64,000 nucleotides of DNA from positions 3,328,001 to 3,392,000 of the forward strand of contig OZ242005.1 of NCBI GenBank assembly GCA_965204725.1, given 5' to 3'. The position numbers and the translations under genes are program-made. This stretch comes from Candidatus Latescibacterota bacterium. Its GTDB lineage: Bacteria; Latescibacterota; UBA2968; UBA8231. The notes beneath the pieces were generated by a model, which was not told where the DNA came from, did no database searches, and saw only the letters and a program-made list of their open reading frames with translations. Positions 37,501 to 45,961 of the stretch are shown piece after piece; position 1 is the first letter of the stretch; each line of letters starts with the position of its first letter.

Positions 37501-37968
37501 TTCCTCAGCGGCTATCCCTATTTCACCGACTCTGGCTCCAAGCTGCTCTACGCCCGTATCGGCTATGGGTTTCCGCTCCTCAGACGCATCAGCAGCCGCT
37601 TTATCAACTTCAGCTTTTCCAAGCTCTACGCCGAGCTATTCGCCGAAGCCGGGGCGGTGGGCAATTTCTCGCGCTTTGAGGACATTGACTTCTGGAAGGG
37701 AAAGCGATGGCGGTCTTGGCCCAACACCGACAAGTTTCTGACTAACGTGGGCGGCGAGTTGCGACTACAGCTTTTTACCTTCTACCGCATCCCCATGTTC
37801 GCCTATTTCCAAGTGGCACGTCCGATCGAGTCAGGGCGAGTGGAGCGGATCGAACCACTACCGTCCGAGGACGACCCAAACCCCGAACCCTATCTGACCG
37901 TGAGGGACTCCCAAGGCAACGTGGACAGGATCGACGAGTGGCACTTCTACTTTGGGTTTGGGCTGTAA
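34543..37968 (+). CDS. Outer-membrane protein: gluzincin (HExxH) peptidase domain + PD40/TolB propeller + Omp85-like C-terminal barrel
   Basis: Signal peptide; VVTHELTH...WTEGIAQY; SPDG repeats; YVGGRNFLSGYP (resembles the Omp85 GG..RGY loop); C-terminus FYFGFGL. Confidence 0.8.
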   Translation: MRRAIFSAIAALFLAGAAQAQIQTIVTDHFRVHFSRGAEGTARRVAETCEEVFPTLAAAYDYYDDFRTIHVIVLDNSDVLGNGWANYYSNTMAIWATSLDFELRGSHDWIKNVVTHELTHIMTLNKARKKWPFQFALLSVSRFDSNPDIAFQFPLYHLNAPRGWTEGIAQYGAHKFGYDSWDSHRDMLLRMAVLEDDLLSWEEMGTVGDRTGKFYGEFVYNQGYAMMVYIHQQYGAEKVDELTHQIGSMSFDPAIRRVLGISADQFYADWVAFLGENYGRLQSEIRGQGFFQGASLDEVNEGVLEYHPALSPDGKKLAYLTSEKQDYAITALKIYDFATQKKTKLKGRIATRIGWSPDGKEIVFVRNKGGFNDLYIYNLAEDEERRISARLRAKDPSFSPDGQRVAFVHNEDGTNNLGLIDRDGTDLVYLTNNNDATQYSGPRFSPDGEWLLFSVFRGEDRDIAMIRADSPPRPKTFKKAKAKKSEDEEGAEETIDVFPDTVAFAHPDSSGFRAVVASPADERDPHWLPDGSGFVFSSDQSGIFNIYRYRLANDEVEQLTNVIGGAFVPTVAADERVVYSGYHSNDYSLYRFEMGEFERAAHFEPVAMRDYRSIFDGPKLDDQYQIASYRGRNVLRYIPILQVGPTFVGNAFGLNQASGGLQFSTGDMFGGQELTAWGIVGKNVRDATDLNTDVGFFYERRLRPQVGNNRTFNPSFYIAARRREIDNLVKARAIDPPDTLAASTLYPVPVDSVSSVLIPAVEQHIYQYTSRQDLFKTVLGQLAVGIDVPLTRRTELNALYLWRNYAESWTLRRFRSKSQIYLVQDGVDMSEVLDPALLGQDTLLVDSADPLKFYGDLSFFRTHLLSASWRYQKINPTADRSINPSGRALSLVYRYLLPTVADSLAEQTPTDGVPRDQFVGVERRLRVNEYVAAYNERIRLPFNNSLNIELVGAYKNIRLKPRYTEEGGFLEGRFYWPLRYYVGGRNFLSGYPYFTDSGSKLLYARIGYGFPLLRRISSRFINFSFSKLYAELFAEAGAVGNFSRFEDIDFWKGKRWRSWPNTDKFLTNVGGELRLQLFTFYRIPMFAYFQVARPIESGRVERIEPLPSEDDPNPEPYLTVRDSQGNVDRIDEWHFYFGFGL

Positions 37969-37996
37969 GGGGCGACAGCAAAAAACGGGAGAAAGA

Positions 37997-38177
37997 TATA
38001 GCCATCCTACATCCTTCAAGACTGGATTCCCGCCCCGTGTCGGGGCACGGGGTGACGTTCTTTTGCGGGAGAGTGGCCGATCTGAAAGGAATACGCAACA
38101 TACAAATGACGCCTGATAGGCAAAAAAGACCGTGCCGATCAACATTCCACGCTTTCGAGTCATTTAGGACTGCTATA
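37997..38177. mobile_element. 181-bp MITE with 16-bp imperfect TIRs, containing a degenerate GGATTCCCGC..GCGGGA REP-type palindrome
   Basis: Left end TATAGCCATCCTACAT; right end reverse complement TATAGCAGTCCTAAAT (13/16 match); 38158-38177 identical to 8106-8125; lies between convergent genes. Confidence 0.75.
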
Positions 38178-38236
38178 TACCGCTACGGTCAGTAGAAGCC
38201 AGCACAAGCCTTCTTTTGAAAAATCTGGCTCTGGTT

Positions 38237-41200
38237 TCAGTCCCCCTCCCGCTGCGGCAACTGCTCGGCGTAGTAGCGGCGGCTCTCCGCGGATAAGGTG
38301 CGCCAGACCAAGAACTGCTTGCGCACGTCGTCCAAAAAGGTGCGCACCACCCGCTGCCACGTCGCCAGATCGCCCGCGACCAACGCCAAGTCAACGTGGA
38401 TGTCGCAGTAGTGCGGGTCCGCCCCGGGCGCGATCTCCATCGCGGTCTTTTGCATCACTCCTTGGTCAAACGGCGCCAACCACACCTGCGCCGCCACGCG
38501 CACCCGATCCCCCACCTGCTCCACCTGCAGGGCCTCGACGTAAAATCCCGCCCCGATTGACTGCTCCCGATGCGCCGCCCACGATTCCGCTTGGAACGCC
38601 GCCATGCCCAAGGCTTCGCGCCGCGCCAGCGAAAAGGGCAGTTGCACACGCAAATGCTCGCCCTCAACGACCGGCAGCTTCCACCGCCGTTCAATCCCCG
38701 GCGTGCAGATGCGCCCGGCCATGCGCGCCGGATAGAGCGCGGACGCCACCACCAACAGCGCGATCGCCCCGACCGTGAGCACCGCCCCCAGCGACGAGTA
38801 ATTCAGTTCCAAGCCGGGCAAAAATCCCCCTCGACCCAAAAGCTGGGCCGCGCCCTGCCCCAGCAAATAGCCAGCGACCGTGCCGACCACGCCCAAAGCC
38901 ACGGCCTCGGCCATGAACAGCCCGCTAACGTGCCTAGGGGCTAAGCCAACCGCGTTAAAGGTGCCGATTTCCTGCGTGCGCTCGTACACGGCCCCGAGCA
39001 TCGTGTTGAACACGATCAACGCGGCGATTAGCAGCGGCACGATCAGCGACCCCCACCCAGACACCGAGGCCACCCCAACCGAATTGACGAGCAAGCACTG
39101 CCCCTTGAGGCCGGCGAACAAGTTCAAATCCAACGTCTCCGCTAGCTGGGTCAGCGCAGCGCACGTCTCGGCTGGGGTTCCGTCCAACCGGATCCCCACC
39201 GACGCCAGCCGCGCCCTTTCCCAGCGAATCAGCGCGGCAAACGGCAAGACCGGCGTTGCCGACGCCGGCAAATGGGCAAACGGCCGCAACGTCCCTCCCT
39301 GCCCCCGCCCCACTTCTGCTTCCGAAGGTTGTTGCGCCTCTGGATCCAACGGAGTCAGGGGTTCGCCATTTAGATCGAGCCGGTCCAGCGCGTCATCTGC
39401 GAGCAGTCCAACCACCCGAAACACTTCCCCAAAAACCCGCACCCGTTCCTGCTCCAACCCCGCCGCGCTTATCCCCAAAGAATCGGCCAATCCCACGGGC
39501 AACAGGCAGGCGTCTTCTTCCCCGGGCCGCAGCCACCGTCCAGCGACCACCTCCGGCCCGAGCAAATCCTCTTCTTGCGCCGCCAGCCCGACAAACCCCC
39601 AGACCCCAACCGCTCGCTCCTCCGCGTCCTCCCGCTCAACTCGATAGGACGACGCCAGCGATTGCACCGACAGCCACGCCCGCGGCGCGACCTGCTCCGC
39701 GCCAAACCAATCGCGCAACAGGTCGTAGCCTTCCATCTCCATGGCCTGCCAGCCCGGCATCCGCACCAACGCGCCCTCGTATGCCGCGCCCGCGCCAATC
39801 GCAATCCAATTTGTGTGCAGCGCAGCGCGGATCGACGTGAAGGACAGCACGGCAAAGGTCAACAGCACCAGCGTCGCGCAGGTCAGCCCGGTGCGCCACG
39901 GCCGCCGCCGCAAATGCGCCAACCCCACGGCGATTGAGGTCAGCACCGCGCCCGACCGCTGTACCGCAATGGCTCGGCCGCCCTCGCTCAACGCCTGCAA
40001 CTCCCGATTTAACCGCGACATCCCCAGAAACGCGACCAAAATCCCCAACGCCAAGATGACGAAGCCGAGCAGGATGATCGCCGGCGAGATCGACAACTCA
40101 AAGGCCGGATGCACATAGCGCAGGGCGACAAAGCCGACGAGAAAGAGCGCGAAATACCCCAATACCTGCCGCCGCAAATCGGCAAACCCAAACGCCAACC
40201 GCTCGGCAAAGTGGGCAAAGGGAATCAGCACGGCCAATAAAAAGAGCGCGCCTTGCACCACTCCAGCTTGTGTGCGCTCCACGTCCCGATACGCGGCCGC
40301 GGCCAGTGCCCAAGCGCGCCGCGCCCGATCGACAAAGTCCCGGTGCCGATGCTCGGCGCGCGCTGCGGCCGCTGCTTTGAGCAACCCAGCGGACCGCTCG
40401 TGAAAGGCCGCCAGCCGCTCATTGCGTACGCCGTGTCGCTCCAGCCGCTCAATCCGCTCACCGTTGAGCACGTGCATATCAACAGCCACCCGATACACCG
40501 TCTCCACGACGCGCCCTCGCCCATCAACCGCATAGCCCAATCCGCTCGGCGCGTCCCGCGTCCCATTGAGCAACAGCAGGCGTCGCCCCAATCCATAGCG
40601 ACCCGTCGCCATTACGGCCTTGAACCGCGTGGCAGGCCGCGTAAACAGTACGCCGACCGGCTCCGTCCACGACCGCACCCGATTCTCATAGCTGAACAAC
40701 TCCATTTCTGGCGCCGTCAGCGGCAGGCAGGCCCCGTACACCACGGGTTCGGCTTCCTGCACCGCGTCAATCGCTTGTACGCGCTCCAAGGTCAACAAAT
40801 TGCGCGGATCAAAAATCCCAAACAGCGTCGTCCCCCGCAGCGGTGCGGTGACGATCTGCACCTCTTCCTCGGCGCTATCCATCAGCACCGTCAGCGCACG
40901 CCCGGGCAACCGGCGCTCCCCATTGATTCCCCAGTCCGGCGCGTCCGTCACCGCTCCGGTCTCCGCATTGAGCCGATACGCCTCCAACCGCACCGGCTGC
41001 GTGTAAATGATGCCCGACTCAACCCCGGGAATGGCAAACCGCCCCGAATCATCGGCCACCGCCCAAAAATCCGGCCGCACCCCCGCCAATGTCGGCTGGC
41101 GCACCCGCACCCGCACCAACGCCCCGGCCGTCGGCTCATCCGGCAGATAGCTGCGCGGCCCGTAGTGGACCACCTCGCCGCGAATGGTGCCAAACGCATC

Positions 41201-42634
41201 GTTGCCCCACGCCCACGGTTCCAGATCCGGGTCGTCAATCAGCGCGGGCAGCACGGCCCCTAGCAACGCAACTTGACCGGCCAACCAGTCAAAGCGCAGG
41301 GCCGCGCGATCGTCGGCGGGCGCGTCAAAGCGAGCGCGGCTGTCGTTGACCGTGCAAAAGGCCAGTGCCGGACATCCGGCGAGGGCCGCGACCGCCGCAT
41401 CCAATGGCACCGTCAGCGCCATGCCCCCCAACCCCTCGCGGGCAAAGTCCTGCTTCAGGCCATTGACCAGCACTCGCTGGCCTCCCAACGCGGAGTCCTC
41501 GTACGCCGTTACCCGCTTTAGCAACCGATCGGTGATGGGCGGCGCGAGCAACGAGACGCGATACGGGGCTTGCGGCCTGAACGCTCCGAGCCGCGGGCTG
41601 TGCAACGACAGGTCCAAGCCGACAAAAAAGCGCGTCTCCAACGCCCGGAGCCGCTGCAAAAGCGCGGTCTCCTCCACGCTCTCCCGCCGCCCCGCCGCGG
41701 CCAACAGCAACGGCGCGAAATGGCGCATGCCCGCCATGTTCTCAAAGTGCCCGGCCGTCCACAGCAACGCGACCGTGCGCTTGGGTGGCCGTGCGGCAAA
41801 CCCCCGCGCCAATTCCAACAGCGCGGTCGCACTCGCCGCTTGCTCGGCCCCCGGTGCTAGGGCTGGCACCGGCGACACCGCGTCGTAATGCGCGGCGAGA
41901 AAGACGACCTCCTTCTGCAGGGTCGCATCGCGCCCAGGGATTATGGCAACCACGTTCTGCGCGGCGACCTCTTGCCACGTCATTCGCCCCCACAAGCGCA
42001 CCTGCGCCCGCGACCTTGCGAGCATTCGCAACCGTTCCGCCACGTCCCTACGCGCATACAGCCGCGGCAAGTCGGCCGGTACGTCGAGGAACTTATGCTC
42101 GGCTTCCTTGCGATGCGCGCCGGCTGATTCCAAGAACACCACGGCCGCAGCCCCCAAGTGGAACGCATCCACCCAAGCGGTGCCCGAGGCGTAGTCGAGC
42201 AGGACGATCCGCCCGGCCACTGGCTGTCCTTCGAGCAGGCTGCTGTCCCCACCATACACCAACTGCCCCTCAATCCCATTAGGAGGCAGAGTCGGCGTCC
42301 GCACCAAATTGGGCCAGACGCCGAACAATTCGAGCCGCTCTCCGCCGCATTCGAGCCAGAACCCCTCGTCGATTGGCACCGACACCGGGAACTCGTGCCG
42401 GTAGAATTCTGCTATCCCCAAACTCTCCAGCTCGGAGACCAGCCACTCGCGGGCCGCTGTGGCCCCCGGATAGCCGGTCATGCGCGAGGCCGGTGCGGAG
42501 AGCGTCTCTACGGTGCATCGCAGACGAAATTCTCGCTCGGACTCGGCGGCAAGCGTCGGGCTTGTGAGCAGCAAGGTTACAAAAAAAAGGAACGCCCCCG
42601 TGTCTAAAACTCGGAGGCTTGTTCGGCTAGCCAA
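38237..42634 (-). CDS. 1465-aa fusion: exported M28-peptidase-like/PA domain + FtsX/MacB-like permease domains
   Basis: Signal peptide; SRMTGYPG; NVVAIIPG..LAAHYD; TM blocks; LRRRPWRTGLT; FNTMLGAVYERTQEIGTFNAVGLAP..LFMAEA; SALYPARMA. Confidence 0.85.
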   Translation of the reverse strand: MASRTSLRVLDTGAFLFFVTLLLTSPTLAAESEREFRLRCTVETLSAPASRMTGYPGATAAREWLVSELESLGIAEFYRHEFPVSVPIDEGFWLECGGERLELFGVWPNLVRTPTLPPNGIEGQLVYGGDSSLLEGQPVAGRIVLLDYASGTAWVDAFHLGAAAVVFLESAGAHRKEAEHKFLDVPADLPRLYARRDVAERLRMLARSRAQVRLWGRMTWQEVAAQNVVAIIPGRDATLQKEVVFLAAHYDAVSPVPALAPGAEQAASATALLELARGFAARPPKRTVALLWTAGHFENMAGMRHFAPLLLAAAGRRESVEETALLQRLRALETRFFVGLDLSLHSPRLGAFRPQAPYRVSLLAPPITDRLLKRVTAYEDSALGGQRVLVNGLKQDFAREGLGGMALTVPLDAAVAALAGCPALAFCTVNDSRARFDAPADDRAALRFDWLAGQVALLGAVLPALIDDPDLEPWAWGNDAFGTIRGEVVHYGPRSYLPDEPTAGALVRVRVRQPTLAGVRPDFWAVADDSGRFAIPGVESGIIYTQPVRLEAYRLNAETGAVTDAPDWGINGERRLPGRALTVLMDSAEEEVQIVTAPLRGTTLFGIFDPRNLLTLERVQAIDAVQEAEPVVYGACLPLTAPEMELFSYENRVRSWTEPVGVLFTRPATRFKAVMATGRYGLGRRLLLLNGTRDAPSGLGYAVDGRGRVVETVYRVAVDMHVLNGERIERLERHGVRNERLAAFHERSAGLLKAAAAARAEHRHRDFVDRARRAWALAAAAYRDVERTQAGVVQGALFLLAVLIPFAHFAERLAFGFADLRRQVLGYFALFLVGFVALRYVHPAFELSISPAIILLGFVILALGILVAFLGMSRLNRELQALSEGGRAIAVQRSGAVLTSIAVGLAHLRRRPWRTGLTCATLVLLTFAVLSFTSIRAALHTNWIAIGAGAAYEGALVRMPGWQAMEMEGYDLLRDWFGAEQVAPRAWLSVQSLASSYRVEREDAEERAVGVWGFVGLAAQEEDLLGPEVVAGRWLRPGEEDACLLPVGLADSLGISAAGLEQERVRVFGEVFRVVGLLADDALDRLDLNGEPLTPLDPEAQQPSEAEVGRGQGGTLRPFAHLPASATPVLPFAALIRWERARLASVGIRLDGTPAETCAALTQLAETLDLNLFAGLKGQCLLVNSVGVASVSGWGSLIVPLLIAALIVFNTMLGAVYERTQEIGTFNAVGLAPRHVSGLFMAEAVALGVVGTVAGYLLGQGAAQLLGRGGFLPGLELNYSSLGAVLTVGAIALLVVASALYPARMAGRICTPGIERRWKLPVVEGEHLRVQLPFSLARREALGMAAFQAESWAAHREQSIGAGFYVEALQVEQVGDRVRVAAQVWLAPFDQGVMQKTAMEIAPGADPHYCDIHVDLALVAGDLATWQRVVRTFLDDVRKQFLVWRTLSAESRRYYAEQLPQREGD

Positions 42635-42665
42635 TTGCCATTACCTTTTCTAAAATTTTCTGCCG

Positions 42666-42959
42666 TTAGCAATACCAATCCTCAGACAGATCGGCTAACG
42701 TTGGATTGGTGGTTTTTATCAGATCAAGTTTTTTCTTTCGCGTCAATCCCTTTAGCTGTTTCTCTTTTGATATAGCTTCGAGGATGTCGGATGTCGCTTC
42801 AAAGTATATCAGCCTATTGATGTTGTATTTGCTTGTGAAACCTGAAACGAGCTTGCGCTTATGTTCATAGATTCTTCTTTGTAGATTGTTGGTAACACCT
42901 ATATAGAGGGTTCCTGAGCGATTTGTCATGATATAGACGAAGTATTCTTTTGTTATCAT
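42666..42959 (-). CDS. Stand-alone GIY-YIG nuclease (UPF0213/YhbQ-like)
   Basis: YFVYIMTN..TLYIGVTNNLQRRIYEHK..GFTSKY..EAISKEKQLK..NP; AT-rich compared with flanking genes. Confidence 0.93.
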   Translation of the reverse strand: MITKEYFVYIMTNRSGTLYIGVTNNLQRRIYEHKRKLVSGFTSKYNINRLIYFEATSDILEAISKEKQLKGLTRKKKLDLIKTTNPTLADLSEDWYC

Positions 42960-42979
42960 CTCGTCTTACATTCTATTCT

Positions 42980-43082
42980 TGTCATGCTGAGGAAGCCGAC
43001 AGGCTGACGAAGCATCTCATACCTCACAAGAATACAAAACCAACTAACATAAAAGAGATTCTTCGCTGCGCTCAGAATGACA
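42980..43082. repeat. Inverted REP-like hairpin doublet immediately upstream of the GIY-YIG gene
   Basis: 42980-43018 TGTCATGCTGAG..CGAAGCATCTC (+) and 43055-43082 reverse complement TGTCATTCTGAGCGCAGCGAAGAATCTC; same family as the copies at 8.0 and 9.3 kb. Confidence 0.88.
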
Positions 43083-43127
43083 AAACAAAGATACCTCTAT
43101 CAAGCGAAACATGCCCTCCGCATACCC

Positions 43128-44564
43128 TCACCCCCAGAACTTGGGCACCTGCTCCCGCAGCGTGACAAACGCGAAATAGCCGAAGAACGCACAGGCCCAC
43201 AGCAAGGCCACAAAGCGCACCGGGTGCATGGCCAGCGCTCCTTTGAGTACGCGATTGTTCTGCCACAAGAGCAACACCGAATACAGTAGCATAACCCCGG
43301 CGTTGAGCGAGGCACTCAAGACCAGCAACTGCACCGGCTTGTTGTAGTCCGAGAGCATGATCAGGATGCCGAAAAGGATCTGCGCCCACAGCAAGAGGAA
43401 GTAGAGCCGATTCCGCGTCCACTGGGCGTGGGCGCGCAGCCAGTTGGTCTTGATAATGTCGGTGGAGATGCGAGCGCAGGCGTCCAACAGCCCCAGCTCG
43501 GTCGTCAGCAAAATGGCGATGCCCATCCAGTTGAAGAGGTGTTTGAAAAAGCCGCCGCGCTCCTGCGCGATAAAGTCGCCCTCAGTGCCGATAAACCCCA
43601 AACCCTGTTCCAGCCCGGGCGCCTGTCTCGTGGTGGCGTAGGCGATCAGCGACAGCAGCATCAGCGACAGGACCGAGAGCGCGTAGAAGGTGACCAAGTG
43701 TTCGCGATTGGCCGCCTGCCACCAGCCGCGCCAGCGTCGCATGTTCGCCGGCGTCTGCTCAAAGTGGTAGCCGATGGCACCCACGGCCTCGTCCCGCCCG
43801 GTCAGCGGGCTAGTCAGCCGCCCCACGTACGCGCCCATGGCGTAGCCTTTGTCGCGGACGAAATCGCTCTGCGCCAAGTTCATCGTCCCGCCAGCACCCG
43901 CAAAGGCCAAAGCACCCAAAAAGAGCGGCAACTCCATTTCCTCGGGGATATAGCCGATATTGACGATGCCCTTGCACAGGTCCCACACGTGGCTCGGCTC
44001 TACGACCAAGAAGAAAATGACCAACAGCAAGACCAGCACCGCGGCGATTAGCACCGTTTGGATGCGCTCTACCGTACGGTACACCACCGGCCCCAAACTC
44101 AGCGCCAACCCGACCACCAACAGACTCGCGATCGAATAGCCGACCCGTGTGCTCTCGTCGCCGCCGAACTCCCAAGTCAAGATGGTCGCCGCCCCAGACG
44201 CCCAGCCCGGCCACATCCACGGAACCACGTTGCACACCAGAAAAACCCCGGCCCAGCCCGACCACAGGCGGCAAAACCCGGTCACCGCAGTCTCGCCGGT
44301 AGCCAGCGTCCAGCGCTCGATCTCCATGTTGATGAAATACTGGGTCAGCACCCCCACCATGCAGGCCCAGAACACTGCGAAGCCAAACTTGTACGTGATG
44401 TAGGGCCAGAGCACGAACTCCCCGCTGCCCAGCGAAAGCCCCAACAGCAGGATGCTCGGGCCGACCAGCTTGCGCCAGTGGGGCGGCTCGGGTAGATCGC
44501 GGTACTGCCCTGCCGGCAGCCGATCGCAGGGGATCGCCTCGTGCGGCACGGATTTAGTTGTCAT
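43128..44564 (-). CDS. Nramp/APC-superfamily (YcsG-like) membrane transporter
   Basis: VGPSILLLGLSLGSGEFVLWP; EIERWTLATGE; about 11 TM segments. Confidence 0.8.
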   Translation of the reverse strand: MTTKSVPHEAIPCDRLPAGQYRDLPEPPHWRKLVGPSILLLGLSLGSGEFVLWPYITYKFGFAVFWACMVGVLTQYFINMEIERWTLATGETAVTGFCRLWSGWAGVFLVCNVVPWMWPGWASGAATILTWEFGGDESTRVGYSIASLLVVGLALSLGPVVYRTVERIQTVLIAAVLVLLLVIFFLVVEPSHVWDLCKGIVNIGYIPEEMELPLFLGALAFAGAGGTMNLAQSDFVRDKGYAMGAYVGRLTSPLTGRDEAVGAIGYHFEQTPANMRRWRGWWQAANREHLVTFYALSVLSLMLLSLIAYATTRQAPGLEQGLGFIGTEGDFIAQERGGFFKHLFNWMGIAILLTTELGLLDACARISTDIIKTNWLRAHAQWTRNRLYFLLLWAQILFGILIMLSDYNKPVQLLVLSASLNAGVMLLYSVLLLWQNNRVLKGALAMHPVRFVALLWACAFFGYFAFVTLREQVPKFWG

Positions 44565-44603
44565 ATCGCCCCTCCTCTAAGCAATCAGCGGACGAACAAA
44601 ATC

Positions 44604-44685
44604 GCCTATGGCCTAAGTAGCGAACATCCCGACCTCGAACCAGAAGACCCGTCAACGGCTCGACCATCCGGTTCTTGCTGCGCGA
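44604..44685 (+). pseudogene. Degraded DUF433-type antitoxin C-terminal relic
   Basis: Two frames give AYGLSSE-HPDLEPED and RLDHPVLAA, matching the DUF433 pattern 'GLS.EQIL.E.PDLE.EDI..AL.YA.R.LDHPVLAA' with deletions. Confidence 0.5.
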
Positions 44686-44700
44686 TTCTTCTCACGTATC

Positions 44701-45789
44701 CTACGCCCGCCAAGCGACCAACGGATGCTCGCGCCGCTGCATGGGAAATTCCACCCGTCCCCCAGTGATCTCCGCTTCGTAAGCGCCCAAGATCATCTCC
44801 AAGGCCGCCACTGCGTCGCGCGCACTCGACAGCGGCTCGCGGTCGGCTTCGGCCGCGTCGATCAAATCGGCGACCGCCAAGTCGTTGCCCGTGCTCAGGG
44901 ATTCATCTGCCACCTCGTCTAAGGCGACCCACTGCTGGTTCGCATCGGCTGGATCAAACACCGGATGCGGATAGAGCATGGCCGCGCCACTGCCGCCGCC
45001 GCGCAACGCGATCATCCCTTCGCTGCCCTCGATCTTCAGGCCCATCCGCTGGCCCCCGCCCCCGGCGTGTTTCCGCGAATCAAAAAAGCCCGCCACCCCG
45101 CTCTTGAAGGCGAAGTAGCTGTGGATGCAATCGCCAGCGACCGGTCCCACCGGCTCGGTCGCCTCGCGCACGTCTTCGACTGTGAGTGCCCGGCCTTCGT
45201 GCGTGATGTGGGCCGTCATCCACGCTACGTCGCCGGCAAACAGGCGCGCCATATTGAACAAGTGCGTCCCCAAGACAATCATGTCCTCGCCCCCGCCGCG
45301 CCGATCCTGTTTGCCGTGGGCGCGAATGGCCTGTACCGCGCCGATCCGCCCCTGTGCCAATACTTCCTTTACGTGCCGGATTCTCGGCAGGTACGCTCCC
45401 TGATGCGCCACGGCGACCTTCCGCCCGGTCGCCTCGGCCTTAGCCACAATCTGGTCGCCTTCCGCCAAGTTCCAAGTCATGGGCTTTTCGCAGTACACGT
45501 GCGCCCCCGCCTCCAAACAGGCCAAGACCATCTCCAAGTGACAATCGGTCCAGCGTGGCCCAACCGTCACTATCGCTGGCTGCTCGGCCGCTAGCATCGC
45601 GCGCCAGTCGGCGTACGCACGGGGAGCGGCCAATTCCGCCTGCTTGGCCCGCCGTTCCTCGGCGTCCTCGTCGGCAACCGCCACCACCTCAACGCGCGGG
45701 TGGTTCTTCAAGCCCAAGTGCAACCCGTGTCCCCAATTGCCCCGGCCCGTGCGGCCGATGGCCGCTGCTCTGTACATCTCGTCGCTCAT
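44701..45789 (-). CDS. Gfo/Idh/MocA family oxidoreductase
   Basis: Rossmann N-terminus, GAHVYCEKP, GGGEDMIVLGTHLF; AAAGGAG RBS. Confidence 0.92.
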   Translation of the reverse strand: MSDEMYRAAAIGRTGRGNWGHGLHLGLKNHPRVEVVAVADEDAEERRAKQAELAAPRAYADWRAMLAAEQPAIVTVGPRWTDCHLEMVLACLEAGAHVYCEKPMTWNLAEGDQIVAKAEATGRKVAVAHQGAYLPRIRHVKEVLAQGRIGAVQAIRAHGKQDRRGGGEDMIVLGTHLFNMARLFAGDVAWMTAHITHEGRALTVEDVREATEPVGPVAGDCIHSYFAFKSGVAGFFDSRKHAGGGGQRMGLKIEGSEGMIALRGGGSGAAMLYPHPVFDPADANQQWVALDEVADESLSTGNDLAVADLIDAAEADREPLSSARDAVAALEMILGAYEAEITGGRVEFPMQRREHPLVAWRA

Positions 45790-45961
45790 GCTGCACTCCT
45801 TTCAGTTGAGTTTCTACGATATAGAACCATTTAGTTGGGCGCGTCAATTGCCTGTGATGTCGCCACGCCGCGAGAGATTGGGCTATCGGCATCTTGCTCT
45901 TGCTAAGGTTATACTCGAATTGTATGTATATATATGTATTAACGAGAAGGAGGAGAAAGTA

